Of a DNA stretch of 64,000 bases, positions 54,773 to 63,920 are shown one piece after another. Source of the DNA: an uncultured Alphaproteobacteria bacterium (lineage in GTDB: Bacteria > Pseudomonadota > Alphaproteobacteria > Rhizobiales > Xanthobacteraceae). The stretch is taken from NCBI GenBank assembly GCA_963841575.1, contig CAWJDC010000006.1, forward strand, positions 256,835 to 320,834, written 5' to 3'. Position numbers and translations under genes: made by a program. The notes below the pieces were generated by a model that did not search any database, had not been told where the DNA came from, and saw nothing but the letters and a program-made list of their open reading frames with translations. Numbering within the stretch: position 1 is the stretch's first letter; each line of letters starts with the position of its first letter.

Positions 54773-57463
54773 CTACCGGTTAGCAAGTGCCGCCAGAACG
54801 GCCTTCGCCGCATCGGCCCGGTCGACCGTCGCAGGCGCTGCCGCCGGCATTCCTCGTGCTGACGGCGTGTTGAAGGCCTTGGCCAGCGCCTCGTCCATCA
54901 CCGCCCTGGTGAGCGTCGCGTCGGGCGCGAACGTGGTCGCGGTTGCGCCGGCCATGTAGCCCTTGGCGACGATGGCTGCGATCGCCTTTGCGCGCGGATC
55001 GGTCGCCGGCACGTCGGTGAACGCGCTGGCGCTTGCGTCCTCCGATAGCTTCGCTGCGCGTGCGAGCATGACGGCGAAGTCGGCCCGCGCGATCGGGGCC
55101 GCCGGTGAGAAGGTGCCGGCGGCTGCGCCGGGCTGCGGATCGGGAAGGATATGCGCGCGGGCAAGCACCCCGATCGCATCATGGCCCTGCAGCGTTTTCG
55201 GCACGTCGGTGAAACGATCGATGCCGTGTTCCTTTTGCTGCAACTCGGCCACGATCATCGGCCGCAAATTGACCTTGGCCGAGCCCGGACCGGGCGCTGC
55301 GCTGTCCTGATACATGAAGCCGCCAAACTTGCGGTCCAGGAATACGCTCACACTCGGCTGCTGGATCAATGGTCCGTGAAACTTGGTGTCCTTGCCGAAG
55401 CTGTTGTCGGAATCGTTGAGCATGACGGTCGCAGTGGTCGTTTTGGCGCTGGAGACCGCGGAAGAATCTCCATAGAGAAACTTCGTCGTGTTCGACCCCG
55501 TCTGCTTGGTGGAATCATCGGAGTTGAGTGCGTCGCCAAGGAACGCCGCCAGACTGCCGCCAAAACTGGTGTTTGTTTCCTCGACCGAGGTCACGGTCGC
55601 GTCGTATTCGGTTGTCGCGGCCGTGTCCTTCTCGTTGGTGGTGGTATTGGTCACACTGTCGGTCTTCTCGACCGGCGCGTTGCCGGCTCGCGCCCCGTAG
55701 GACGTGCTTTCGAGCTTGATCACGCGGGCGGAGTTGAGCTCTGCGCCTTGCCCGTGGCCGAAAAAAGGATCGAGCTTGAGCAGGTTCGCGGCCTCCTGCT
55801 TGGTCAAGACCACCTGCTTCGTGCTGCCCTTGTAGACGATCTTGTTGCCATTCTTGTCGACGAGCGTGTCGTCGGAATAGTCCAGCGCACACTGATTGAT
55901 GCCCGGGATCGCCTCGACGTCGCCGGTGCACGCCGCTAAATCCAGCACCGCGATCGTGCCTACCACCGGAACAGCGGCGGTCATCACCGTGAGCTGCTTG
56001 TCCGCAAGTTGCTCCCAGGTCGCAAACTCCGGATGAATGAGCAGGACGAACACGTCGTGCCAGAATGGCTCCGCCGCGTAGGCGTCGGAGCTTGGAATGG
56101 GCTTTGCGCAATCGGTCTCGCTCGCGCAGGTCTCGCCCGATCCGGGAACCAGCGTATCGATGGCTTCGGCGGTCCAGGTCGAAGAAAACGAGTTGAGGAC
56201 CGTGTTCGTCGTTTTGTCGGTACTGGTTGTTCCGAAACCGTATTCGGTCGAGTTGTCCCACCCCTGCGAATTCGAAAACGACAGGCCGACCGAAAGTCCG
56301 TTGCCGCTATACGCCAGGTTGGCGCTCGCCTTGATCTGGTCGTCGTCTTCGGTGGTCGATTTCTGCGAACTGTCCGACTCGGTGTTGAGTGCGTAGCTCG
56401 TCGTGTATTGCCTGGTCATCTGGACCGTGGCCGAACTCTCGTCGCCCGGCGGCTGGTACATGATGGTGTAGGGCAGCACCTTGAACTGCGCCATTGCGGC
56501 GGGCGAACGCACGACCGTCAGCTCCTGAGTCGATATGGCCTGCCGGTTGAGCGCGCCGATGTTGCCATTGCCCGCAGAGTCGCTTTGGCTTTCGTAAACG
56601 GTGAGAACGAACTGCAGTTTTCGCACCAAATGCTTCTCGTCGAAGATCTTCTCGTCCGTTGTCACCGTGAGCATGCCGTTCGTCATTTCGGTGCCGGCGG
56701 GGGCGGCGAGAATCTCGTCTTTTGTGGCGCTGACCTGCTTCCAGGCGCCAATGTTGCCGTCCCAATCCTTGCACTGCTGGTCCTTGGCGGGCGTCGTGCC
56801 TGATTGCGGATCGCACATCGACAGCGTCGCATAAAACCAGCCGCGGTCGCCGTAGACCGGAGCCGACGGGTTATTGCTGGCAAGCTGACCGCTCTGCTGG
56901 AATTGTGTGAGGATGTAGAAAGTCGGCGCATCGTCATTCGTAGTCACGATTTCAAGATTGCCGGATCCGACCGCCGGCGAGGAAATTCCCGGAGCGGAGC
57001 CGCCGGACGTTTCGGCCGGCGGCGGCAAGGTCCATCCCCGGGTCGCCCACGCCGTGTCCACCGCAAAGGTGCCGACCGGTGGATACGGCAGCGGGCCGAC
57101 CACGCCCATCAGCCCGACCGGAAAAGACACTGGTTTCGGGGCGTGCGCCGTCGTTCCGTCCTTGAAGCGCAGCAGCACCGGCAGCGACATGCAGCAGCCG
57201 GGCTTCGCGTTCGGCATATTGGCCACGACCTGGGTGCTGGAGTTCGATTGCATCGGCATCTCGATTCCGCCGACGACCACCGATTTCACGTTGTCGAGAT
57301 CGCTGCCGCTGATGACGATCGGCGTGCCCGGGACCGAAACTTCCGGCTCGACCTTGTCGATTTTAGGCGCCGCGTCGGCGCGCGATGTTAGTAACGGGGA
57401 CATCGGCAGAAGGACCGCAGGCATGAACGTAAGCTTCAGCCAAAGCAATTTGCCGAATTTCAT
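54773..57463 (-). CDS. Large secreted protein: N-terminal IPT/TIG domain, ~600-aa Ser/Thr/Asn/Asp-rich uncharacterised core, two C-terminal SLH (S-layer homology) repeats
   Basis: Intact. RBS ggagg lies 5 nt before the ATG at 57463. Signal peptide MKFGKLLWLKLTFMPAVLLPMSPLLTSRADA. IPT/TIG: PKIDKVEPEVSVPGTPIVISGSDLDNVKSVVVGGIEMP...STQVVANMP. SLH1: FTDVPKTLQGHDAIGVLARAHIL...GTFSPAAPIARADFAVMLARA. SLH2: FTDVPATDPRAKAIAAIVAKGYMAGATATTFAPDATLTRAVMDEALAKA. Confidence 0.8.
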   Translation of the reverse strand: MKFGKLLWLKLTFMPAVLLPMSPLLTSRADAAPKIDKVEPEVSVPGTPIVISGSDLDNVKSVVVGGIEMPMQSNSSTQVVANMPNAKPGCCMSLPVLLRFKDGTTAHAPKPVSFPVGLMGVVGPLPYPPVGTFAVDTAWATRGWTLPPPAETSGGSAPGISSPAVGSGNLEIVTTNDDAPTFYILTQFQQSGQLASNNPSAPVYGDRGWFYATLSMCDPQSGTTPAKDQQCKDWDGNIGAWKQVSATKDEILAAPAGTEMTNGMLTVTTDEKIFDEKHLVRKLQFVLTVYESQSDSAGNGNIGALNRQAISTQELTVVRSPAAMAQFKVLPYTIMYQPPGDESSATVQMTRQYTTSYALNTESDSSQKSTTEDDDQIKASANLAYSGNGLSVGLSFSNSQGWDNSTEYGFGTTSTDKTTNTVLNSFSSTWTAEAIDTLVPGSGETCASETDCAKPIPSSDAYAAEPFWHDVFVLLIHPEFATWEQLADKQLTVMTAAVPVVGTIAVLDLAACTGDVEAIPGINQCALDYSDDTLVDKNGNKIVYKGSTKQVVLTKQEAANLLKLDPFFGHGQGAELNSARVIKLESTSYGARAGNAPVEKTDSVTNTTTNEKDTAATTEYDATVTSVEETNTSFGGSLAAFLGDALNSDDSTKQTGSNTTKFLYGDSSAVSSAKTTTATVMLNDSDNSFGKDTKFHGPLIQQPSVSVFLDRKFGGFMYQDSAAPGPGSAKVNLRPMIVAELQQKEHGIDRFTDVPKTLQGHDAIGVLARAHILPDPQPGAAAGTFSPAAPIARADFAVMLARAAKLSEDASASAFTDVPATDPRAKAIAAIVAKGYMAGATATTFAPDATLTRAVMDEALAKAFNTPSARGMPAAAPATVDRADAAKAVLAALANR

Positions 57464-57819
57464 GATCGCCTCCATGCGTTAGGACCGATGCAAGTTCGTT
57501 TGACTCCCAAATGAAGTTCCGCTAAGCTCGGTAGCATGCCGCGGTGCCGCACCCGGCAACCAGCACCAATTCTGGTTCCCGGGATCTCACTGGACGCGAT
57601 CAATGTCGCGACCAATTGGTGTCCGATGATATTTTAATTTGTATCTTTTCTGCGTAGTCGGCGGCTGTCGGTCCTTCGTTCAAATATTTTTTTTGTCATG
57701 TGCTCTACGTCACACGGCGATGCTTGCCGCAGCGATTACGCTCATGACAATTGAAGGTTCACGCCGCAAGCAGCGTAGCGTAATGAAAATCGCTGTTGAA
57801 CCGTGACAGGGAAGTCGAG

Positions 57820-58011
57820 ATGCTTTTCTATGAGAAAATCAGGCCGCTAGAAATCTTTCCCAAGAATGGCACAGTCACCGATCCGCAGCTTCCTCCAGCT
57901 ACGTCGGAGGGCGGTGGCTGTTCGTCGGCATGCTACTGTGGGGAGCCCTGCACCAAAGTTCCGCAGCACCATGGAAATCATTATTGCCCAAAACACGGAA
58001 GTTATTCATAG
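57820..58011 (+). CDS. Small Cys/His-rich hypothetical protein (63 aa)
   Basis: ATG at 57820 with gggaag 7 nt upstream. Sequence: MLFYEKIRPLEIFPKNGTVTDPQLPPATSEGGGCSSACYCGEPCTKVPQHHGNHYCPKHGSYS. It lies in a visibly AT-richer island directly upstream of DUF1326/DUF2182. Its coding status is unproven. Confidence 0.35.
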   Translation: MLFYEKIRPLEIFPKNGTVTDPQLPPATSEGGGCSSACYCGEPCTKVPQHHGNHYCPKHGSYS

Positions 58012-58121
58012 GATGTCTTGCTTAAATTGAAATGCGGGCGTGGTAGCCCGGGACCTCGCTTGTCCGCGTCGACGTCGGCGCGTATCGTGCCCCGTGATCT
58101 GCGGCAACAGCCGCAACGCCC

Positions 58122-58802
58122 GTGCCATCGATGTCGACACCTCCTGACGTTCCCGATTGGCGCATCACCGGCGACTGGTGGGATTTGTGCAACTGCGCGG
58201 TCGGTTGCCCTTGCAATTTCGGCTCCAATCCAACGCTGGGTTATTGCGAAGGCGTGCTGACGTGGTTGATCCGCGACGGTCACTACGGCGACCTCAAGAT
58301 CAGCAAGGACCTTGCGGTTGTCCTCATCATTCATTGGGAGGGCAACGTCATGGAGAAGAACCGCGAATTCGGCTTTTTGATCGACGAGCGCGCCAATGCC
58401 GACGAACGCGTTGCGCTCGAGACGATTTTCACCGGCTATGCCGGCGGCGCTTTTGCGGCGTGGCGCGACTTGACCATCAGTCTCGACGGCGTCGCGTTCG
58501 TGCCGATGACGGTCACGCACGATGCCGAGACTTGGCGCGTCGAAGTGCCCGGCATGGTCGACGGGCTTGGCGGCCCGTTTCGCAAATACATGGTGCCGGC
58601 GGGCGACACTTGCCGCATCTATAACGCGCCGCGCCCCGAAGTGACGCCCGGCTTTCTCACGGTTGGCGAGGCCAAGCGCAATATCGTCACCGGCGCGTTC
58701 GGCCGCAATTGGGATTGGTCGCAGCGATCCTCCAAGCACATCGCGTTCGACTTGCGCGGGCCGAAGACGTTCAGCTGGCGCCAGCCTTTGCCGACCGAAT
58801 GA
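58122..58802 (+). CDS. DUF1326 domain-containing protein
   Basis: Intact. Hallmark motif WWDLCNCAVGCPCNFG. Start is GTG at 58122 or ATG at 58131. Its stop overlaps the next gene's ATG (ATGA). Confidence 0.8.
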   Translation: MPSMSTPPDVPDWRITGDWWDLCNCAVGCPCNFGSNPTLGYCEGVLTWLIRDGHYGDLKISKDLAVVLIIHWEGNVMEKNREFGFLIDERANADERVALETIFTGYAGGAFAAWRDLTISLDGVAFVPMTVTHDAETWRVEVPGMVDGLGGPFRKYMVPAGDTCRIYNAPRPEVTPGFLTVGEAKRNIVTGAFGRNWDWSQRSSKHIAFDLRGPKTFSWRQPLPTE

Positions 58803-59605
58803 CGCCTCCTCACGAAACCGCCGCGGCGCAACGCCTTGATCGCTTCATTGTGGCCGGTCTGCTGCTCTTGGTCGCCGCGCTGGCCTGGGCCTTTACCGTG
58901 CATCAGGCGATGCTGATGAACGGCATGGGCGCACTCCAGCTCGGCATGACCATGCCGATGGAGGCTGCAGCGCCGTCCTGGAGCGCAAGCGACGCGGCGC
59001 TGGTCTTCGCAATGTGGTCGGCGATGATGGCGGCTATGATGGTACCGGGCGCGAGCCCGATCGTTGCTGCCTTTGCGGCGATCAATCGCCGGCGCCGCCA
59101 GCGCGCCGCGCCGCATGTGCCGACCGCGATCTTTCTATTCGGCTATCTGATCGCCTGGGCAGGCTTTTCGTTCTTGGCCACGGCGGCGCAGTGGGGGCTG
59201 CAGGCCACCGGCCTGATCACGGCGATGATGCAGTCGGCATCGTATGGCTGGTCGGCCGCGCTGTTCATCGTCGCCGGGCTCTATCAGTTCAGCCCCTTGA
59301 AAGACAGATGTCTCGCCTATTGCCGCTCGCCCGACGGTTTCATTCTGAGCGAATGGCGCGACGGTGCGCTTGGTGCCGCGATCATGGGGTTGCGCCACGG
59401 TCTATTTTGCATCGGCTGTTGCGCGGCCCTGATGGTGCTGCTGTTCGCCGTTGCGGTCATGGATTTGCGCTGGGTCGCGGCTCTGACGGTTCTGGTGACC
59501 GCCGAGAAGATTCTTCCAGGAGCAAAATTCTGGCGGTTCGGGATCGGTGCCGGGTTGTTGGTCGCCGGCGTCGGCTTCTCGCTGGCGGCATGGAGCGCGG
59601 CGTGA
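58799..59605 (+). CDS. DUF2182 domain-containing integral membrane protein (predicted metal-binding)
   Basis: Intact multi-TM protein with Met-rich segments AMWSAMMAAMMVPGASP. Also YQFSPLKDRCLAYCRSP and LFCIGCCAALMVLLF. The ATG at 58799 overlaps the DUF1326 stop. Confidence 0.8.
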   Translation: MTPPHETAAAQRLDRFIVAGLLLLVAALAWAFTVHQAMLMNGMGALQLGMTMPMEAAAPSWSASDAALVFAMWSAMMAAMMVPGASPIVAAFAAINRRRRQRAAPHVPTAIFLFGYLIAWAGFSFLATAAQWGLQATGLITAMMQSASYGWSAALFIVAGLYQFSPLKDRCLAYCRSPDGFILSEWRDGALGAAIMGLRHGLFCIGCCAALMVLLFAVAVMDLRWVAALTVLVTAEKILPGAKFWRFGIGAGLLVAGVGFSLAAWSAA

Positions 59606-59644
59606 TGCGCTGTTCGTCCGGTGCGGAGCTAGCCTCGGCCGGCT

Positions 59645-61022
59645 TTAAGCCGCCAACGCTGTGTCGACCTGCGCCAAGGCTTGCCGCAAGGCGCTAAAGC
59701 AGCGGCGATCAATTGCGGTATCGAGCATTTCCGTCATGACGGCAAAGGCCTTGGTGACCGGCATCGCTGCCCGGTAAGGCCGCTCGGCGGTCAGCGCGTC
59801 GAAAATATCGGCGGTGGTGATGATGCGGCTTTCGAGCGTGATCTCGTCGCCCTTCAGCCCGCGCGGATAGCCCTTGCCGTCGAGCCGCTCGTGATGCGCC
59901 GCCGCGACGGCCGCCAACTCGCTGAACGCTCTGATGCGCGACAAGATCGTCTCGGTGTAGGCAGGATGAAGTTTCATCGCCACCCATTCGGCCTCATCAA
60001 GCTTGCCGGGCTTATCGAGAATTGTGTTGCTGACGCCGAGCTTGCCGATGTCGTGCAGCAACGCCGCGCGCTTAAGCCAGCGGCGCCGCTCCGCCGAAAA
60101 TTCCATCTGTTTGGCGATCAAATCCGTGAACAGCGTGACGCGGTCGCTGTGTCCGCTGGTATATGGACTCTTGGAATCGACGACTTGGGCGAAGGCGGCG
60201 GCGATGTCGTCAAGATAGTCTTCATCGACCAGCGAGCTGCTTTGCGCAGGCTCGAGCGCGAAGATCGCCTCTTGCAGATCATCCGACCGCAGCGTGTCCC
60301 AAAATCCTGGCTGTGCCGCGACGCGCGCGAACGCTGCTGCCAATTGCGGATCAAACCAAGTGCCGGTGCGGTGCTCGACCTCGCGCTTGGCGGCGTCGAC
60401 GCCGTTGGCGGTCTGAAACACGTCGGCGATCTGCGCCAACAGCGCAACGCGCGAATAGATCGGAATGGCCTCGCCGCTGAGTCCTTCCGGCATGCCGCCG
60501 CCGTCCCAGTGTTCGTCAAGGTGCCGGATGCTTTGCGCGACTGCCTCCGAGAAACGCATCTTCCGCGCGATCTCCGCGCCGCGGTCGCAGCGCGTCTCCA
60601 TCAATTCCTGGGCGATCTGGCCGCCGTTCTGGAAGATGTGCACGAGCGCGCGAAACCGCTCGGCGAAGTCCTGCCTTCATTCCGGTGTGCGACAGGACGA
60701 AGCGCAGCACCTGCGGCAGGCTGCCGTTCACCGTCATGAAGTCGTGCTTGAAGGCGATGTCGTCGGCCAAGTAGAGTTGGCAGATGCGCGCCGCATTGCT
60801 GCTGCAGCCGAGGTCTTTCAGCAGCAAGGTGTAATAGAGTTCCCACACCTGGGCGTCGTCGAGGCCGGCTTCTTTGCCGATGTGAATGCCGATCCAGCAG
60901 GCGCGAACGCAATGACCGGCCGGCTGGCCTTCCACCATATCGAGCGCATGACTGAGCGCGCCCAGTATCTCGGCCAGGCGGATTTTCGGTGCCTCGCCAG
61001 ATCGGCTCTGTGAGTTGGTCAC
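59645..61022 (-). pseudogene. HD-GYP domain phosphodiesterase with a degenerate N-terminal HD-like domain, one frameshift near 60620
   Basis: C-terminal domain: LLHDIGKLGV...HHERLDGKGYPRGL...TTADIFDALTAERPYR. The N-terminal domain has LLKDLGC in place of HD. GTG start. Confidence 0.85.
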
Positions 61023-61180
61023 GACTTCGGTCTCCGGCGGTTGGTCCGGCCGCGCGGATTGTTATTGCCCTATCAGTAAAGATAGGGTGATAAAGACCGG
61101 CAATTCCGATTGTCATAAACGGGCCTCTGGGATAGCTGTTTGGGTACAACGGCAGGCTGTAGGTTGCGGCGTCGAACAAC

Positions 61181-62161
61181 ATGAAGCCAATGCGCATCGG
61201 TACTCGAAAGAGCGCCATGGCTCTTGTTCAGACCAACGAGATCGCCCGGCGTCTGCGCGCGGCGTGTTCGGGCCTCGATGTCGAGGTCGTCAAGTTCGAT
61301 ACGCGCGGCGATGACGACCAAGTCAGCAAGCTGCACCGGCATGGTGGCAAGGGCGGCGCATTCGTCCGGGAAATCCGCGCCGCCATGCTTCGGGGCGATC
61401 TCGAAGCCGCGATGCACTCCCTCAAGGATATGCCGGGCAACGAGGAAACGCCGGGGTTGGTCATCGGCGCGTATTTGGAGCGCGAGTTGCCGGAGGATGT
61501 GCTGGTGATCCGCGACGGTCTGTCGTTTGACGACATCCGCCACGTGAAGGGAAAAGGTTTCAAGATCGGCACCAATGCGGTGCGCCGCGCCAGCTACATC
61601 CGCCGCTTGCTCCCGGATGCCGAAGTCATCCACTTTCGCGGCGCCGCCGATACGCGGATCAAAAAGCTTGACACGCGAAAGTTGCAGGCGATGCCGGATG
61701 GCAGCGAACAGGGCCCCGCCGATGCCCTGGTGATGGCGCGGGCCGGCCTCGATCGCTTGGGCTTTTCGGGCCGTATTGCTTACAGTTTCCTAACGGAGGA
61801 TATGCTGCCTGCGATCGGACAGGGCATCGTCGCCGTCGAATGTGCGGAGGTCGACTGGGGCACGCGTCGCACGCTGTCGGCCATACACGATGAGAATTCG
61901 CGGCTGTGTGCGGATGCCGAGCGGGAGGTGCTCTGGATTCTCAATGGTCACTGCAATTCACCGATTGCCGGCCACGCCACCATCGCCGGCGCCGACATGA
62001 CGCTGCGGGCTGCAGTCATGGAAGAACGCGGCGGCAAAGTCATCGAGGTTCAGCGCACCGGAAACGCGGCGCGGCCGCGCGAACTTGGCCGCGCCGTCGG
62101 TCTGGAGTTGCTGGCGCGTGGCGCAGCGCAAATCATCGAGCAAACCCGGCCCGATGTTTGA
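61181..62161 (+). CDS. hemC: Hydroxymethylbilane synthase (porphobilinogen deaminase), divergent
   Basis: Intact 326 aa: MRIGTRKSAMALVQTNEI...FDTRGD...AMHSLKDMP...FRGAADTRIKKL...ILNGHCNSPIAGHA (cofactor Cys). Confidence 0.85.
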   Translation: MKPMRIGTRKSAMALVQTNEIARRLRAACSGLDVEVVKFDTRGDDDQVSKLHRHGGKGGAFVREIRAAMLRGDLEAAMHSLKDMPGNEETPGLVIGAYLERELPEDVLVIRDGLSFDDIRHVKGKGFKIGTNAVRRASYIRRLLPDAEVIHFRGAADTRIKKLDTRKLQAMPDGSEQGPADALVMARAGLDRLGFSGRIAYSFLTEDMLPAIGQGIVAVECAEVDWGTRRTLSAIHDENSRLCADAEREVLWILNGHCNSPIAGHATIAGADMTLRAAVMEERGGKVIEVQRTGNAARPRELGRAVGLELLARGAAQIIEQTRPDV

Positions 62162-62185
62162 AGCTTGTAAAGGAAAAGTGTACTC

Positions 62186-62632
62186 ATGAACGTCGAAACA
62201 AGAAATGTCATAAGAAAAGTCGTGCTGGCAGCGGTGCTTGCGGCGGTTTCCGGCGGTTATGCCGCCGCTCAGGACGCCGCCAAGGGCGAGGTTGTCTTCA
62301 AGCAATGCACACTTTGCCACCGCATCGGCGATGGCGCCCAGAATGCGCTCGGCCCGGTGCTCACTAACGTGATCGGCCGTCAGGCCGGGACCTTTCCGGG
62401 TTTCAATTATTCGCCGCTGATGAAGAACGCCGGCGCGGCAGGCTTGGTTTGGAGCGAGGATTTGATTTTCCAATATCTTCCCAATCCCAACGCCTTCCTC
62501 AAGAAATTCTTGACCGATCACGGCAAAGCAGATCAGGCGACTGGCGCTACTCTGATGACCTTCCAACTGTCGGATGAGCAGAAGCGCAAGGACGTCATCG
62601 CCTATTTGAAAAAGGTCTCTTCTGGCAAATAG
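62186..62632 (+). CDS. Class I c-type cytochrome (c2/c550-like)
   Basis: Intact 148 aa. RBS aaaggaaaag, signal peptide, heme motif FKQCTLCHRIGDGAQNALGPVL, and distal Met in ATGATLMTF. It starts 24 nt after hemC. Confidence 0.85.
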   Translation: MNVETRNVIRKVVLAAVLAAVSGGYAAAQDAAKGEVVFKQCTLCHRIGDGAQNALGPVLTNVIGRQAGTFPGFNYSPLMKNAGAAGLVWSEDLIFQYLPNPNAFLKKFLTDHGKADQATGATLMTFQLSDEQKRKDVIAYLKKVSSGK

Positions 62633-63240
62633 CCTGGTCTGGCCGCGGCATCAGTCGCGCCACGATCTCAGGCTCCGATATGACGTTGCGGGCCGTGATC
62701 ACGGGAGGAATGCGGCGGCAAGGTGACAGAGGTTTGGCGCAGCTGGTTGGTGGCGCATCGGAACCGTGCCGACGTAATGTCTTGGCGAACAATGCTGCGA
62801 GCGCGATTTTGTGCGCGGCGCCTCGTGGCGAGGTCCTGCCGCGGTCAATCGCCGCACGCGTTGGCGAAAAAGCCGAGCACTTCGGCAATTTTACAACCAA
62901 AACACTTCAGCCAGATTGGCTACTCGACAAACCGAAATATTCAAAGCGAAATATTCTTGATGCGACGTTGTGCTTCGATCTCGGTATCGACACATAGGCG
63001 GTGCAGATCATCCACCAAAGCAGGCAGCGCAACGTGCCTGGGAACTGCCCAAAAAACGGCGACCTGCCGAATTCGCCGTTCACATCGTGGCAGCAGTGAC
63101 GCCATCGGCTGGCACCGTTCTCTTTGAAAATGGACCTTGGCTTTATCGGGTTGCCACCGGCAGCCGCAGATCGGCGAGGCGCGCGAAACGGCTTGCGTAC
63201 TTGCCGGATATTCAAACAAACAACGCAAAGGAAAGGCACG

Positions 63241-63621
63241 ATGAGTTCTCAGAACGAACACGATCAGGGCAGAAAATCTCTCGACAAGGGCGTGGCGATC
63301 GGCAACGAAACATTTGAGAGAGGCAAAGCGGCGATGGAGCAAAGCTGTTCGGCTGCGGTCGAAAATATGCGTGACTTTAACGTCAAGATGATCGGCGCGA
63401 TGCGGGCCAATGCCGACGCAGCTTTTGACTTTGCTCACCAGGTTGCCACGGCAAGAACGCCGTCCGATCTTGTCGAGTTGTGGATGACGCACGCCCAAAG
63501 ACAGTTCGCGATGCTGAGCGAACAGACCAAGGAATTGACGACGCTCGGACAGAAGATCGCCGGCGAAAGCGCCGATCCTCTCACCCGTGGCGTCAGCCAG
63601 GCCTTCAAGAAGGCCTCTTGA
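63241..63621 (+). CDS. Phasin family protein (PHA granule-associated)
   Basis: RBS aaaggaaagg. ...AVENMRDFNVKMIGAMRANADAAFDFAHQVATARTPSDLVELWMTHAQRQFAMLSEQTKELTTLGQKIA. Confidence 0.75.
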   Translation: MSSQNEHDQGRKSLDKGVAIGNETFERGKAAMEQSCSAAVENMRDFNVKMIGAMRANADAAFDFAHQVATARTPSDLVELWMTHAQRQFAMLSEQTKELTTLGQKIAGESADPLTRGVSQAFKKAS

Positions 63622-63722
63622 CGGTCCGTCGGCCGCGGGCGGGCAGTATCACTGCCTGTGCGATGACAATAAAAGCCATGGGGACGCTCCATGGTTGATC
63701 AAAAAACATATGGGAGAACGTC

Positions 63723-63920
63723 ATGGAAACAGCGCACGAACAGCAAAAGCCACCAGACACCTCGCCGGAGCAAAAAGCATCGAACGAACTCGTCAGAATG
63801 ATTCGCAAGCTGCGCTGGGTAGGGATGGAGGAGGAAGCAAAAAGGCTGCAGAGCCAACTGACCCTATACAACGTCTCAGCCGCTGACAGTGTCGTCGCGG
63901 CGTCACGCGAGACGGATTAA
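63723..63920 (+). CDS. Small hypothetical protein (65 aa)
   Basis: RBS gggaga 6 nt upstream. Helical, charged sequence: ...ELVRMIRKLRWVGMEEEAKRLQSQL.... No family assigned. Confidence 0.45.
   Translation: METAHEQQKPPDTSPEQKASNELVRMIRKLRWVGMEEEAKRLQSQLTLYNVSAADSVVAASRETD

Noticed and set aside
62640-63240. ORFs of 100-185 aa on both strands between the cytochrome c and phasin genes
   Set aside because: They are compositionally atypical (Arg/Ser/Cys-rich), mutually overlapping, and lack start context. The region is more likely the phasin promoter/regulatory region, possibly with a decayed gene remnant.
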